Assembly (NCBI GenBank): GCA_040954595.2
Contig: JBECUI020000027.1
Span: 310,001 to 374,000, forward strand
DNA: 64,000 nt
From: Balanoglossus misakiensis
Lineage: Eukaryota > Animalia > Hemichordata
Direction: 5' to 3'
The notes below the pieces were generated by a model, which saw only the letters and a list, made by a program, of their open reading frames with translations, did no database searches and was not told where the DNA came from. How positions within the stretch are numbered: position 1 is the first letter of the stretch; each line of letters opens with the position of its first letter. Below are positions 23,072 through 35,623 of the stretch, piece by piece. The position numbers and the translations under genes were made by a program.

Positions 23072-24255
23072 ATGATCAGCAATTTAAGGAAACTCACTCA
23101 CTCACTCACTCACTCACTCACTCACTCACTCACTCACTCACTCACTCACTCACCAACTCTTGCGCGTTAGAACTTCAAAGAAAGCCTAATTCCCTTCGCC
23201 GTTTTTCCCCGTTAAAAGCAATACTTTTCTGTTTAATCCCAGCGCTATTCCTGGCAGGCTGCGGCAGCCCCACTCCGAGCAGTGAAGCCCTCATAACAAC
23301 TTTGACCATCAACGGCCTGGAGGGAGTGGCAACAATTGATGAAACCAAAGCCGTTTTTTCTTTTGATAAACTAGACTCAGGTGCGGTAAGCACCTTTGAC
23401 CTCAGCGTATCCCCCGGGGCCACGGTTACCCATGCCGACGGTACCGCTCTGACGGCTGAGAATCTTCTTATCGGCGAGGAATTCCCCGTGCTCGTTACAG
23501 CAGAGGATGGACTTACTACCCAAACCTACACCCTATTAATTACCGGGGATATTCTGATTACCAACAAATACAGCAACGGCTACTACGTCTGGTTTGACCT
23601 AACCTTGCATCAAAACGCTACGGTGGATTTCTACGCAGTAGAAGAAGGAACGACCCTGCCCAGCGCCGATTCCGTGGCGGCCATGGATGACACCGATGGC
23701 GACCAGGCCGTCGACGGTCGACACTTCAAAGATGACTTGGTTGCCGGGGAACCCCACCGTATTGTTCTCTACAACCTGGACACTTCCAAAAACTACGATA
23801 TTGGCAGCTATTTCAACGATGGTAAGTATCCCGGCTCTCACGCCGCTGTATTGACACAGATGACTACAGCCGCAGAACCCAGCACCACGGGCAAGGTGGT
23901 TTGGCAGGCTTACGAAGGGCAGCGAATCATTCTGCCGCCTGCAAGGTTGATGTCAAGGAATGATCTATCTGCTGGATCACCCGCCACTCAGTCTCTTTTC
24001 GTAAAAGAAACTACGGGAGAGAATAGAAGGGATATATATATAATCACTCCAGGTTCCTATCAATTGGGCAATGAGTACGAGGCTCCTATAGATCAGACTA
24101 TAAAGCTTATTTTTGCTCCTATGGGATATTATTTCGTAAACTTTGAGGATGTTATGAAATCACAAGAAGGCATATATTGGGTTCGAGTGTCGGCAATAAA
24201 TGACGATACCGATTCCCCCGATGACTATATTGATTTGCGCATCATAGAAAGGTAG
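23072..24255 (+). CDS. Variable lipoprotein copy 2, phase OFF ((CTCA)15)
   Basis: Distance 230 nt; LAGC lipobox; downstream ORF intact. Confidence 0.88.
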
Positions 24256-24699
24256 TCTTTGTCTCGGCAGGGGATGTGCCGTTCTCATGCTGGGACAGCT
24301 GCCAAGAATGCCATGGAGAAAGAAAAGAAAGGCTCCCCTTGGGGCCCAAATGATGACTTTTCAGTAACTTCCAGGCCTAAGCAGTCCCTCGGAGGCTAGA
24401 GGGAATAAAAACGATAAGAAGAATCTGCTTACTGGTACCCCCAAAGCCCTAGAATAGGCTTTCGGGGTGTGCCCGCTCCCCGATGCCCGGGACACCTTAG
24501 CCAGCACCCTAATTCCCTATGGCTACTACGCTTTTCTCAAGTTATTGACCAAAGAACAGACCATTTCTCCCCTTACCAAACAATAAAGAGATAACACCCC
24601 CCCTTGATAAAATCCAGATAGCGAGATAGACTGAAAGTTAAGTTCAAATCTAGTAAACTAAAGCCTTGTAAGAGGCTATTTTTAAGGAGGCATACAAAG

Positions 24700-25884
24700 A
24701 TGATCAGCAATTTAAGGAAACTCACTCACTCACTCACTCACTCACTCACTCACTCACTCACTCACTCACTCACTCACCAACTCTTGCGCGCTAGAACTCC
24801 AAAGAAAGCCTAGTTCCCTTCGCCGTTTTTCCCCGTTAAAAGCAATACTTTTCTGTTTAATCCCAGCGCTGTTTCTGACAGGATGCGGCAGCCCCACTCC
24901 GAGCAGTGAAGCCCTCATAACAACTTTGACCATCAACGGCCTGAGGGAGTGGCAACAGTTGATGAAACAAAAGCCGTTTTTTCTTTTGATAAACTAGACT
25001 CCAGCACGGTAAGCACCTTTGACCTCAGCGTATCCCCCGGGGCCACGGTTACCCATGCCGACGGTACCGCTCTGACAGCTGAAAATCTTCTTATCGGCGA
25101 GGAATTCCCCGTGCTCGTTACCGCAGAGGATGGGCTTACTACCCAAACCTACACCCTGTTAATTACCGGGGATATTCTCATTACCAACAAGTACAGCAAC
25201 GGCTACTATGTCTGGTTTGACCTAACCTTGCATCAAAATGCTACGGTGGATTTCTACGCAGTAGAAGAAGGAACGACCCCGCCCAGCGCCGATTCCGTGG
25301 CGGCCATGGATGACACCGATGGCGACCAGGCCGTTGACGGTCGGCACTTCAGAGATGACTTGGTTGCCGGGGAACCCCACCGTATTGTTCTGTACAACCT
25401 GGACACCTCCAAAAACTACGATATTGGCAGCTATTTCAACGATGGTAAGTATCCCGGCTCTCACGCCGCTGTTTTGACACAGATGACTACAGCCGCAGAA
25501 CCCAGCACTACAGGTAAGGTGGTTTGGCAGGCTTACGAAGGGCAGCGAATCATTCTGCCGCCTGCAAGGTTGTTGTCAAATAACGATATACCTGCTGGAA
25601 CAACCGAATCTCATTCTCTTCATGTGCAAAAAACTACGGCAGAGGGGGAGGTAGTCATTTCTCATATATTTTTAGTAACAAGTAGCTATCTTATCGGCGA
25701 TGATTATGACGACATTATTCATCAGACTATAGAGGTTATTTTTTCTCCTCTGGGATATTATTTCATAAATTTTAAGGATGTTATGAAATCACAAGAAGGC
25801 ATATATTGGGTTCGAAAGTCGGCAGCTGAGGACGATACCAATTCCCCCGATGACTATATTGATTTGCGCATCATAGAAAGGTAG
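24700..25884 (+). pseudogene. Variable lipoprotein copy 3, phase OFF ((CTCA)14) with an extra 1-bp deletion
   Basis: CTGAGGGAG at ~24941 instead of CTGGAGGGAG; could be a sequencing error. Confidence 0.75.
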
Positions 25885-26331
25885 TCTTTGTCTCGGCAGG
25901 GGAGGTGCCGTTCTCATGCTGGGACGGCTGCCAGGAATGCCATGGAGAAAGAAAAGAAAGGCTCCCCTAGGGGGGGCCCCATGATGACTTTGCAGTAACT
26001 TCCAGGCCCAATCACTCCCTCGGGGACTAGAGGGAGTAAAAACGATAAGAAGAATCTGCTTACTGGTACCCCCAAAGCCCTAGAATAGGCTTTCGGGGTG
26101 TGCCCGCCCCCAGATGCCCGGAAAACCCTAGCCAGCACCCTAATCTCCCTATGATTCCTATGCTTTTCCTCGGTTACTAACCAAGAACAGACCATTTCTC
26201 CCCTTACCAAACAATAAAGAGATAACACCCCCCCCTTGATAAAATCCAGATAGCGAGATAGACTGAAGCTTAAGTTCAAATCTAGTAAACTAAAGCCTTG
26301 TAAGAGGCTATTTTTAAGGAGGCATACAAAA

Positions 26332-27502
26332 ATGATCAGCAATTTAAGGAAACTCACTCACTCACTCACTCACTCACTCACTCACTCACTCACTCACTCA
26401 CTCACTCACCAGCTCTTGCGCGTTAGGACTTCAAAGAAAGCCTAATTCCCTTCGCCGTTTTTCCCCGTTAAAAGCAATACTTTTCTGTTTAATCCCAGCG
26501 CTGTTCCTGACAGGCTGCGGCAGCCCCACTCCGAGCAGTGAAGCCCTCATAACAACTTTGACCATCAACGGCCTGGAGGGAGTGGCAACAATTGATGAAA
26601 CCAAAGCCGTTTTTTCTTTTGATAAACTAGACTCAGGTGCGGTGACCGCCTTTGACCTCAGCGTATCACCCGGGGCCACGGTTACCCATGCCGACGGTAC
26701 CGCTCTGACAGCTGAAAATCTTCTTATCGGCGAGGAATTCCCCGTGCTCGTTACAGCAGAAGATGGGCTTACTACCCAAACCTACACCCTGTTAATTACC
26801 GGGGATATGCTCATTACCAACAAGTACAGCAACGGCTACTATGTCTGGTTTGACCTAACCTTGCATCAAAATGCTACGGTGGATTTCTACGCAGTAGAAG
26901 AAGGAACGACCCTGCCCAGCGCCGATTCCGTGGCGGCCATGACTGACACCGATGGCGACCAGGCCATCGACGGTCGACACTTCAGAGATGACTTGGTTGC
27001 CGGGGAACCCCACCGGATTGTTCTTTACAACTTGGACACCTCCAAAAACTACGATATTGGCGGCTATTTCAACGATGGTAAGTATCCCGGCTCTCACGCC
27101 GCTGTATTGACACAGATGACTACAGCCGCAGAACCCAGCACTACGGGCAAGGTGGTTTGGCAGGCTTACGAAGGGCAGCGAATCATTCTGCCGCCTGCAA
27201 GGTTGATGTCAAGGAATGATCTTGCTGGAACAAGCCTAGGTCATTCTTTTGCCGTACGAAGAACTACGGGAGAGAGTGGAAGGAATATATATCTAATCAC
27301 TTCAGGTTCCTATTTCTGGAGCACTTACTACGAGGCTCCTATACATCAGACTATAGAGGTTATTTTTGCTCCTCTAGGATATTATTTCGTAAACTTTGAG
27401 AATGTTATGAAATCACAAGAAGGCATATATTGGGTTCGATGGTTTGCGGAAGGTACCGATTCCCCCGATGACTATATTGATTTACGCATCATAGAAAGGT
27501 AG
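26332..27502 (+). CDS. Variable lipoprotein copy 4, phase OFF ((CTCA)14)
   Basis: Distance 226 nt; downstream ORF intact. Confidence 0.88.
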
Positions 27503-27951
27503 TCTTTGTCTCAACAGGGGATCTGCTGTTCTCATGCTGGGACGGCTGCCAAGAATGCCATGGAGAAAGAAAAGAAAGGCTCCCCTTGGGGCCAAAATGA
27601 TGACTTTTCAGTAACTTCCAGGCCCAATCACTCCCTCGGGGACTAGAGGGAGTAAAAACGATAAGAAGAATCTGCTTACTCCCCACCCCTGAAGGCCCTA
27701 GGGCAGGCTTTCTGGGGACTGCCCGCTCCCAGATGCCTTGAAAACCTTAGCCAGCACCCTAATTCCCTATGGCTACTACGCTTTTTCTCAAGTTACTGAC
27801 CAAAGAACAGACCATTTCTCCCCTTACCAAACAATAAAGAGATAATACCCCCCCCTTGATAAAATCCAGATAGCGAGATAGACTGAAATTTAAGTTCAAA
27901 TCTAGTAAACTAAAGCCTTGTAAGAGGCTATTTTTAAGGAGGCATACAAAG

Positions 27952-29119
27952 ATGATCAGCAATTTAAGGAAACTCACTCACTCACTCACTCACTCACTCA
28001 CTCACTCACTCACTCACTCACTCACTCACCAGCTCTTGCGCGTTAGGACTTCAAAGAAAGCCTAATTCCCTTCGCCGTTTTTCCCCGTTAAAAGCAATAC
28101 TTTTCTGTTTAATCCCAGCGCTGTTTCTGACAGGATGCGGCAGCCCCACTCCGAGCAGTGAAGCCCTCATAACAACTTTGACCATCAACGGCCTGGAGGG
28201 AGTGGCAACAGTTGATGAAACCAAAGCCGTTTTTTCTTTTGATAAACTAGACTCAGGTGCGGTAAGCACCTTTGACCTCAGCGTATCCCCCGGGGCCACG
28301 GTTACCCATGCCGACGGTACCGCTCTGACAGCTGAAAATCTTCTTATTGGCGAGGAATTCCCCGTGCTCGTTACCGCAGAGGATGGACTTACTACCCAAA
28401 CCTACACCCTATTAATTACCGGGGATATGCTCATTACCAACAAATACAGCAACGGCTACTATGTCTGGTTTGACCTAACCTTGCATCAAAATGCTACGGT
28501 GGATTTCTACGCAGTAGAAGAAGGAACAGCCCTGCCCAGCGCCGCTTCCGTTTCGGCCATGGATGACACCGATGGCGACCAGGCCATCGACGGTCGGCAC
28601 TTCAGAGATGCCTTGGTTGCCGGGGAACCCCACCGTATTGTTCTTTATAACTTGGACACCTCCAAAAACTACGATATTGGCAGCTATTTCAACGATGGTA
28701 AGTATCCCGGCTCTCACGCCGCTGTTTTGACACAGATGACTACAGCCGCAGAACCCAGCACTACAGGTAAGGTGGTTTGGCAGGCTTACGAAGGGCAGCG
28801 AATTATTCTGCCGCCTGCAAGGTTATTGTCAAATAATGATCTATCTGGAGCTGAAACGCACATGTTTTACGTACGGACAACTGTGGCAGTAGCGGATATA
28901 TTTGAAATGTTTTCAGGTACCTATCAGTTTGCCTCTTATTACGACCCAGCTGTTTATCATACCATAGAGATTATTATTGCTCCCCTGGGATATTATTTCA
29001 TAAATTTTAAGGATGTTATGAAATCACTAGAAGGTATATATTGGGTTCGATGGACGGCAGACGCTCAGGATACCAATTCCCCCGATGACTATATTGATTT
29101 GCGCATCATAGAAAGGTAG
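27952..29119 (+). CDS. Variable lipoprotein copy 5, phase OFF ((CTCA)14)
   Basis: Distance 226 nt; downstream ORF intact. Confidence 0.88.
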
Positions 29120-29278
29120 TCTTTGTCTCGGCAGGGGATGTGCCGTTCTCATGCTAGGACGGCTGCCAAGAATGCCATGAAGAAAGAAAAGAAAGGCTCC
29201 CCTTGGGGCCCAAATGATGACTTTTCAGTAACTTCCAGGCCTAAGCAGTCCCTCGGGGGCTAGAGGGAGTAAAAACGA

Positions 29279-29295
29279 TAAGAAGAATCTGCTTA
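29279..29295. promoter_or_regulatory. 17-bp imperfect palindrome TAAGAAGA-A-TCTGCTTA (example; one per array spacer)
   Basis: Arms TAAGAAGA and TCTGCTTA (one mismatch); ~175 bp upstream of the -35 box; function unknown. Confidence 0.5.
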
Positions 29296-29470
29296 CTGGT
29301 ACCCCCAAAGCCCTAGGACAGGCTCTCGGGGTGTGCCCGCTCCCAGATGCCCGGGAAACCCTAGCCAGCACCCTAATTCCCTATGGCTACTACGCTTTTT
29401 CTCAAGTTATTGACCAAGAAAAGATCATTTCACCCCCTTACCAAACAATAAAGAGATAACACACACCCCC

Positions 29471-29499
29471 TTGATAAAATCCAGATAAGGAGATAGACT
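29471..29499 (+). promoter_or_regulatory. Putative sigma70 promoter of copy 6 (equivalent present in every unit)
   Basis: TTGATA-17 bp-TAGACT (TAAACT in some units); AGGAGG at 29552-29557. Confidence 0.65.
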
Positions 29500-29566
29500 G
29501 AAAGTTAAGTTCAAATCTAGTAAACTAAAGCCTTGTAAGAGGCTATTTTTAAGGAGGCATACAAGG

Positions 29567-30751
29567 ATGATCAGCAATTTAAGGAAACTCACTCACTCAC
29601 TCACTCACTCACTCACTCACTCACTCACTCACTCACTCACCAACTCTTGCGCGTTAGGACTTCAAAGAAAGCCTAGTTCCCTTCGCCGTTTTTCCCCGTT
29701 AAAAGCAATACTTTTCTGTTTAATCCCAGCGCTGTTCCTGACAGGCTGCGGCAGCCCCACTCCGAGCAGTGAAGCCCTCATAACAACTTTGACCATCAAC
29801 GGCCTGGAGGGAGTGGCAACAATTGATGAAACCAAAGCCGTTTTTTCTTTTGATAAACTAGACTCAGGTGCGGTGACCGCCTTTGACCTCAGCGTATCAC
29901 CCGGGGCCACGGTTACCCATGCCGACGGTACCGCTCTGACGATGGCTAATCTTGTTATTGGCGAGGAATTCCCCGTGCTCGTTACCGCAGAGGATGGACT
30001 TACTACCCAACCCTACACCTTATTAATTACCGGGGATATGCTCATTACCAACAAATACAGCAACGGCTACTATGTCTGGTTTGACCTAACCTTGCATCAA
30101 AACGCTACGGTGGATTTCTACGCAGTAGAAGAAGGCACTACCCTACCCAGCGCCGATTCCGTGGCGGCCATGGATGACACCGATGGCGACCAGGCCGTCG
30201 ACGGTCGGCACTTCAGAGATGCCTTGGTTGCCGGGGAACCCCACCGTATTGTTCTCTATAACTTAGACACTTCCAAAAACTACGATATTGGCAGCTATTT
30301 CAGTGATGCTATGTATCCCGACTCTCACGCCGCTGTATTGACACAGATGACTACAGCCGCAGAACCCAGCACCACGGGCAAGGTGGTTTGGCAGGCTTAC
30401 GAAGGGCAGCGAATTCTTCTGCCGCCTGCAAGGTTGTTGTCAAGGAATGATCTTGCTGGAACATCCGAAACTCATGGTCTTTACGTACGAAAAACTACAG
30501 CAGAGGGAGAGGAAGTCATCTACAATTTATATCTTATGTTTTCAGACAGTACTTATACGATCGGCTCTGATTACAACCAAGCTATTCATCAGACTATAGA
30601 GGTTATTTTTGATCCTCTGGGATATTATTTCATAAATTTTACAGATGTTATGAAATCACAAGAAGGCATATATTGGGTTCGATGGGCGGAAGAAGATGCC
30701 GATACCGATTTCCCCGATGACTATATTGATTTGCGCATCATAGAAAGGTAG
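29567..30751 (+). CDS. Variable lipoprotein copy 6, phase ON ((CTCA)13): signal peptide, cadherin-like/Ig beta-sandwich domain, variable C-terminus
   Basis: 394-aa ORF reads through the tract as (LTHS)n to the lipobox LFLTG-C61; the VTAEDGxTTxxY motif is typical of cadherin-like beta-sandwich domains. Confidence 0.92.
   Translation: MISNLRKLTHSLTHSLTHSLTHSLTNSCALGLQRKPSSLRRFSPLKAILFCLIPALFLTGCGSPTPSSEALITTLTINGLEGVATIDETKAVFSFDKLDSGAVTAFDLSVSPGATVTHADGTALTMANLVIGEEFPVLVTAEDGLTTQPYTLLITGDMLITNKYSNGYYVWFDLTLHQNATVDFYAVEEGTTLPSADSVAAMDDTDGDQAVDGRHFRDALVAGEPHRIVLYNLDTSKNYDIGSYFSDAMYPDSHAAVLTQMTTAAEPSTTGKVVWQAYEGQRILLPPARLLSRNDLAGTSETHGLYVRKTTAEGEEVIYNLYLMFSDSTYTIGSDYNQAIHQTIEVIFDPLGYYFINFTDVMKSQEGIYWVRWAEEDADTDFPDDYIDLRIIER
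29588..29639 (+). repeat. (CTCA)13 simple-sequence repeat in the signal-peptide coding region (present in all 20 copies, n = 8-27)
   Basis: Directly visible; in frame only when n mod 3 = 1. Confidence 0.97.
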
Positions 30752-31198
30752 TCTTTGTCTCGGCAGGGGATGTGCTGTTCTCATGCTAGGACGGCTGCCA
30801 AAGAATGCCATGGAGAAAGAAAAGAAAGGCTCCCGTTGGGGCCAAAATGATGACTTTTCAGCAACCTCTAGGCCTGGGCAGTCCCTCGGAGACTAGAGGG
30901 AGTAAAAACGATAAGAAGAATCTGCTTACTGGTACCCCCAAAGCCCTAGAATAGGCTTTCGGGGTGTGCCCGCTCCCAGATGCCCGGGAAACCTTAGCCA
31001 GCACCCTAATTCCCTATGGCTACTACGCTTTTTCTCAAGTTATTGACCAAGAAAAGATCATTTCACCCCCTTACCAAACAATAAAGAGATAACACCCCCC
31101 CCTTGATAAAATCCAGATAAGGAGATAAACTGAAAATTAAGTTCAAATCTAGTAAACCAAAGCCTTGTAAGAGGCTATTTTTAAGGAGGCATACAAAG

Positions 31199-32366
31199 AT
31201 GATCAGCAATTTAAGGAAACTCACTCACTCACTCACTCACTCACTCACTCACCAGCTCTTGCGCGCTAGAACTCCAAAGAAAGCCTAGTTCCCTTCGCCG
31301 TTTTTCCCCGTTAAAAGCAATACTTTTCTGTCTAATCCCAGCGCTGTTCCTGACAGGCTGCGGCAGCCCCACTCCGAGCAGTGAAGCCCTCATAACAACT
31401 TTGACCATCAACGGCCTGGAGGGAGTGGCAACAATTGATGAAACCAAAGCCGTTTTTTATTTTGATAAACTAGACTCCGGTACGGTAAGCACCTTTGATC
31501 TCAGCGTATCCCCGGGGGCCACGGTTACCCATGCCGACGGTACCGATCTGACGGCTGAAAATCTTCTTATCGGCGAGGAATTCCCCGTGCTCGTTACCGC
31601 AGAGGATGGACTTACTACCCAAACCTACACCTTATTAATTACCGGGGATATACTCATTACCAACAAATACAGCAACGGCTACTACGTCTGGTTTGACCTA
31701 ACCTTGCATCAAAATGCCACGGTGGATTTCTACGCAGTAGAAGAAGGCACTACCCTACCCAGCGCCGCTTCCGTGGAGGCCATGGATGACACCGATGGCG
31801 ACCAGGCCGTCGACGGTCGGCACTTCAGAGATGCCTTGGTTGCCGGGGAACCCCACCGTATTGTTCCCTACAACTTGGACACCTCCAAAAACTACGATAT
31901 TGGCGGCTATTTCAGTGATGCTAAGTATCCCGGCTCTCACGCCGCTGTATTGACACAGATGACTACAGCCGCAGAACCCAGCACCACGGGCAAGGTGGTT
32001 TGGCAGGCTTACGAAGGGCAGCGAATCATTCTGCCGCCTGCAAGGTTGTTGTCAAATAACGATTTACCTGTTGGAACATCCAAATCTCATAGTCTTTACG
32101 TACGAAAAACTACAGCAGAGGGGGAGCAAGTCATCTACAGTTTATTTAAGATAATTTCAGATAATTATTATTCGTTCGGCCCTCATTACAACCCAGATAT
32201 TTATCAGACTGTAGAGGTTCTTTTTACTCCTCCGGGATATTATTTCATAAACTTTGAGGATGTTATGAAATTACAAGAAGGTATATATTGGGTTCGATGG
32301 ACGGAAGAAGCTGACGATACCGATCCCCCCGATGACTATATTGATTTGCGCATCATAGAAAGGTAG
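31199..32366 (+). CDS. Variable lipoprotein copy 7, phase OFF ((CTCA)8)
   Basis: Distance 202 nt; downstream ORF intact. Confidence 0.88.
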
Positions 32367-32817
32367 TCTTTGTCTCGGCAGGGGATGTGCCGTTCTCATG
32401 CTGGGACGGCTGCCAAGGATGCCATGAAGAAAGAAAAGAAAGGCTCCCCTTGGGGCCAAAATGATGACTTTTCAGTAACTTCCAGGCCCAATCACTCCCT
32501 CGGGGACTAGAGGGAGTAAAAACGATAAGAAGAATCTGCTTACTCCCCACCCCTGAAGGCCCTAGGGCAGGCTTTCTGGGGACTGCCCGCTCCCAGATGC
32601 CTTGAAAACCTTAGCCAGCACCCTAATTTCCTATGGCTACTACGCTTTTTCTCAAGTTACTGACCAAAGAACAGACCATTTCTCCCCTTACCAAACAATA
32701 AAGAGATAATACCCCCCCCCCTTGATAAAATCCAGATAGCGAGATAGACTGAAAGTTAAGTTCAAATCTAGTAAACTAAAGCCTTGTAAGAGGCTATTTT
32801 TAAGGAGGCATACAAAG

Positions 32818-33998
32818 ATGATCAGCAATTTAAGGAAACTCACTCACTCACTCACTCACTCACTCACTCACTCACTCACTCACTCACCAACTCTTGCGCG
32901 TTAGAACTCCAAAGAAAGCCTAGTTCCCTTCGCCGTTTTTCCCCGTTAAAAGCAATACTTTTCTGTCTAATCCCAGCGCTGTTCCTGACAGGCTGCGGCA
33001 GCCCCACTCCGAGCAGTGAAGCCCTCATAACAACTTTGACCATCAACGGCCTGGAGGGAGCGGCAACAATTGATGAAACCAAAGCCGTTTTTTCTTTTGA
33101 TAAACTAGACTCAGGTGCGGTAAGCACCTTTGACCTCAGCGTATCCCCCGGGGCCACGGTTACCCATGCCGACGGTACCGCTCTGACAGCTGAAAACCTT
33201 CTTATCGGCGAGGAATTCCCCGTGCTCGTTACCGCAGAGGATGGGCTTACTACCCAAACCTACACCCTGTTAATTACCGGGGATATTTTCATTACCAACA
33301 AATACAGCAACGGCTACTATGTCTGGTTTGACCTAACCTTGCATCAAAATGCTACGGTGGATTTCTACGCAGTAGAAGAAGGAACGACCCTGCCCAGCGC
33401 CGATTCCGTGGCGGCCATGGATGACACCGATGGCGACCAGGCCGTTGACGGACAACACTTCAGAGATGACTTGGTTGCCGGGGAACCCCACCGGATTGTT
33501 CTCTACAACTTGGACACCTCCAAAAACTACGATATTGGCAGCTATTTCAGTGATGCTCAGTATCCCGACTCTCACGCCGCTGTTTTGACACAGATGACTA
33601 CAGCCGCAGAACCCCGCACCACGGGCAAGGTGGTTTGGCAGGCTTACGAAGGGCAGCGAATTATTTTGCCGCCTGCAAGGTTGTTGTCAAATAACGATTT
33701 ACCTGTTGGAACATCCAAATCTCATACTCTTCTTTTGCAAAAAACTACGGCAGAGGGGGAGGTAGTCAACTATGCCTTATTTACTCTAAATCCAGGTGCC
33801 TATCAGTTTTCCTCTGATTACGACCCAGCTGTTTATCATACCATAGAGATTATTATTGCTCCCCTGGGATATTATTTCATAAATTTTAAGGATGTTATGA
33901 AATCACAAGAAGGCATATATTGGGTTCGATGGACGCTTACAGATCAGGATACCAATTCCCCCGATGACTATATTGATTTGCGCATCATAGAAAGGTAG
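32818..33998 (+). CDS. Variable lipoprotein copy 8, phase OFF ((CTCA)12)
   Basis: Distance 218 nt; downstream ORF intact. Confidence 0.88.
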
Positions 33999-34449
33999 TC
34001 TTTGTCTCGGCAGGGGAGGTGCCGTTCTCATGCTGGGGCGGCTGCCAGGAATGCCATGGAGAAAGAAAAGAAAGGCTCCCGTTGGGGCCCAAATGATGAC
34101 TTTTCAGCAACCTCTAGGCCTGGGCAGTCCCTCGGAGACTATAGGGAGTAAAAACGATAAGAAGAATCTGCTTACTGGTACCCCGAAAGCCCTAGGATAG
34201 GCTTTCGGGGTGTGCCCGCTCCCAGATGCCCGGAAACCCTAGCCAGCACCCTAATCTCTCTATGATTCCTATGCTTTTTTTCTCTCAAGTTATTGACCAA
34301 AGAACAGACCATTTCTCCCCTTACCAAACAATAAAGAGATAACACCCCCCCCCTTGATAAAATCCAGATAGCGAGATAGACTGAAAGTTAAGTTCAAATC
34401 TAGTAAACTAAAGCCTTGTAAGAGGCTATTTTTAAGGAGGCATACAAAG

Positions 34450-35623
34450 ATGATCAGCAATTTAAGGAAACTCACTCACTCACTCACTCACTCACTCACT
34501 CACTCACTCACTCACTCACTCACTCACCAGCTCTTGCGCGTTAGGACTTCAAAGAAAGCCTAATTCCCTTCGCCGTTTTTCCCCGTTAAAAGCAATACTT
34601 TTCTGTTTAATCCCAGCGCTGTTCCTGACAGGCTGCGGCAGCCCCACTCCGAGCAGTGAAGCCCTCATAACAACTTTGACCATCAACGGCCTGGAGGGAG
34701 TGGCAACAGTTGATGAAACCAAAGCCGTTTTTTCTTTTGATAAACTAGACTCCAGTGCGGTAAGCACCTTTGACCTCAGCGTATCCCCCGGGGCCACGGT
34801 TACCCATGCCAACGGTACCGCTCTGACGGCTGAAAATCTTCTTATCGGCGAGGAATTCCCCGTGCTCGTTACTGCAGAGGATGGACTTACTACCCAAACC
34901 TACACCCTGTTAATTACCGGGGATATTCTCATTACCAACAAATACAGCAACGGCTACTACGTCTGGTTTGACCTAACCTTGCATCAAAATGCTACGGTGG
35001 ATTTCTACGCAGTAGAAGAAGGAACGACCCTACCCAGCGCCGCTTCCGTTGCGGCCATGGATGACACCGATGGCGACCAAGCCGTTGACGGTCAACACTT
35101 CAGAGATGCCTTGGTTGCCGGGGAACCCCACCGTATTGTTCTCTACAACTTGGACACCTCCAAAAACTACGATATTGGCGGCTATTTCAACGATGGTAAG
35201 TATCCCGGCTCTCACGCCGCTGTTTTGACACAAATGACTACAGCCGCAGAACCCAGCACTACGGGCAAGGTGGTTTGGCAGGCTTACGAAGGGCAGCGAA
35301 TTATTCTGCCGCCTGCAAGGTTATTGTCAAGTAACGATCTATCTGGAGCTAAAACGCACAGTATTTACACGCGAAGAACTGCAGGGGTGGTGGACGGAGC
35401 TATATATGAAATGATTCAAGGTTCTTATCAGATCGGCTCTAGTTACGACTCAGCTATTGATCAGACTATAAAGCTTATTTTTGCTCCTATGGGATATTAT
35501 TTCGTAAATTTTGAGGATGTTCTGAAATTACAAGAAGGTATATATTGGGTTCGAGTGTCGGCAATAAATGACGATACCAATTCCCCCGATGACTATATTG
35601 ATTTGCGCATCATAGAAAGGTAG
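34450..35623 (+). CDS. Variable lipoprotein copy 9, phase OFF ((CTCA)14)
   Basis: Distance 226 nt; downstream ORF intact. Confidence 0.88.
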
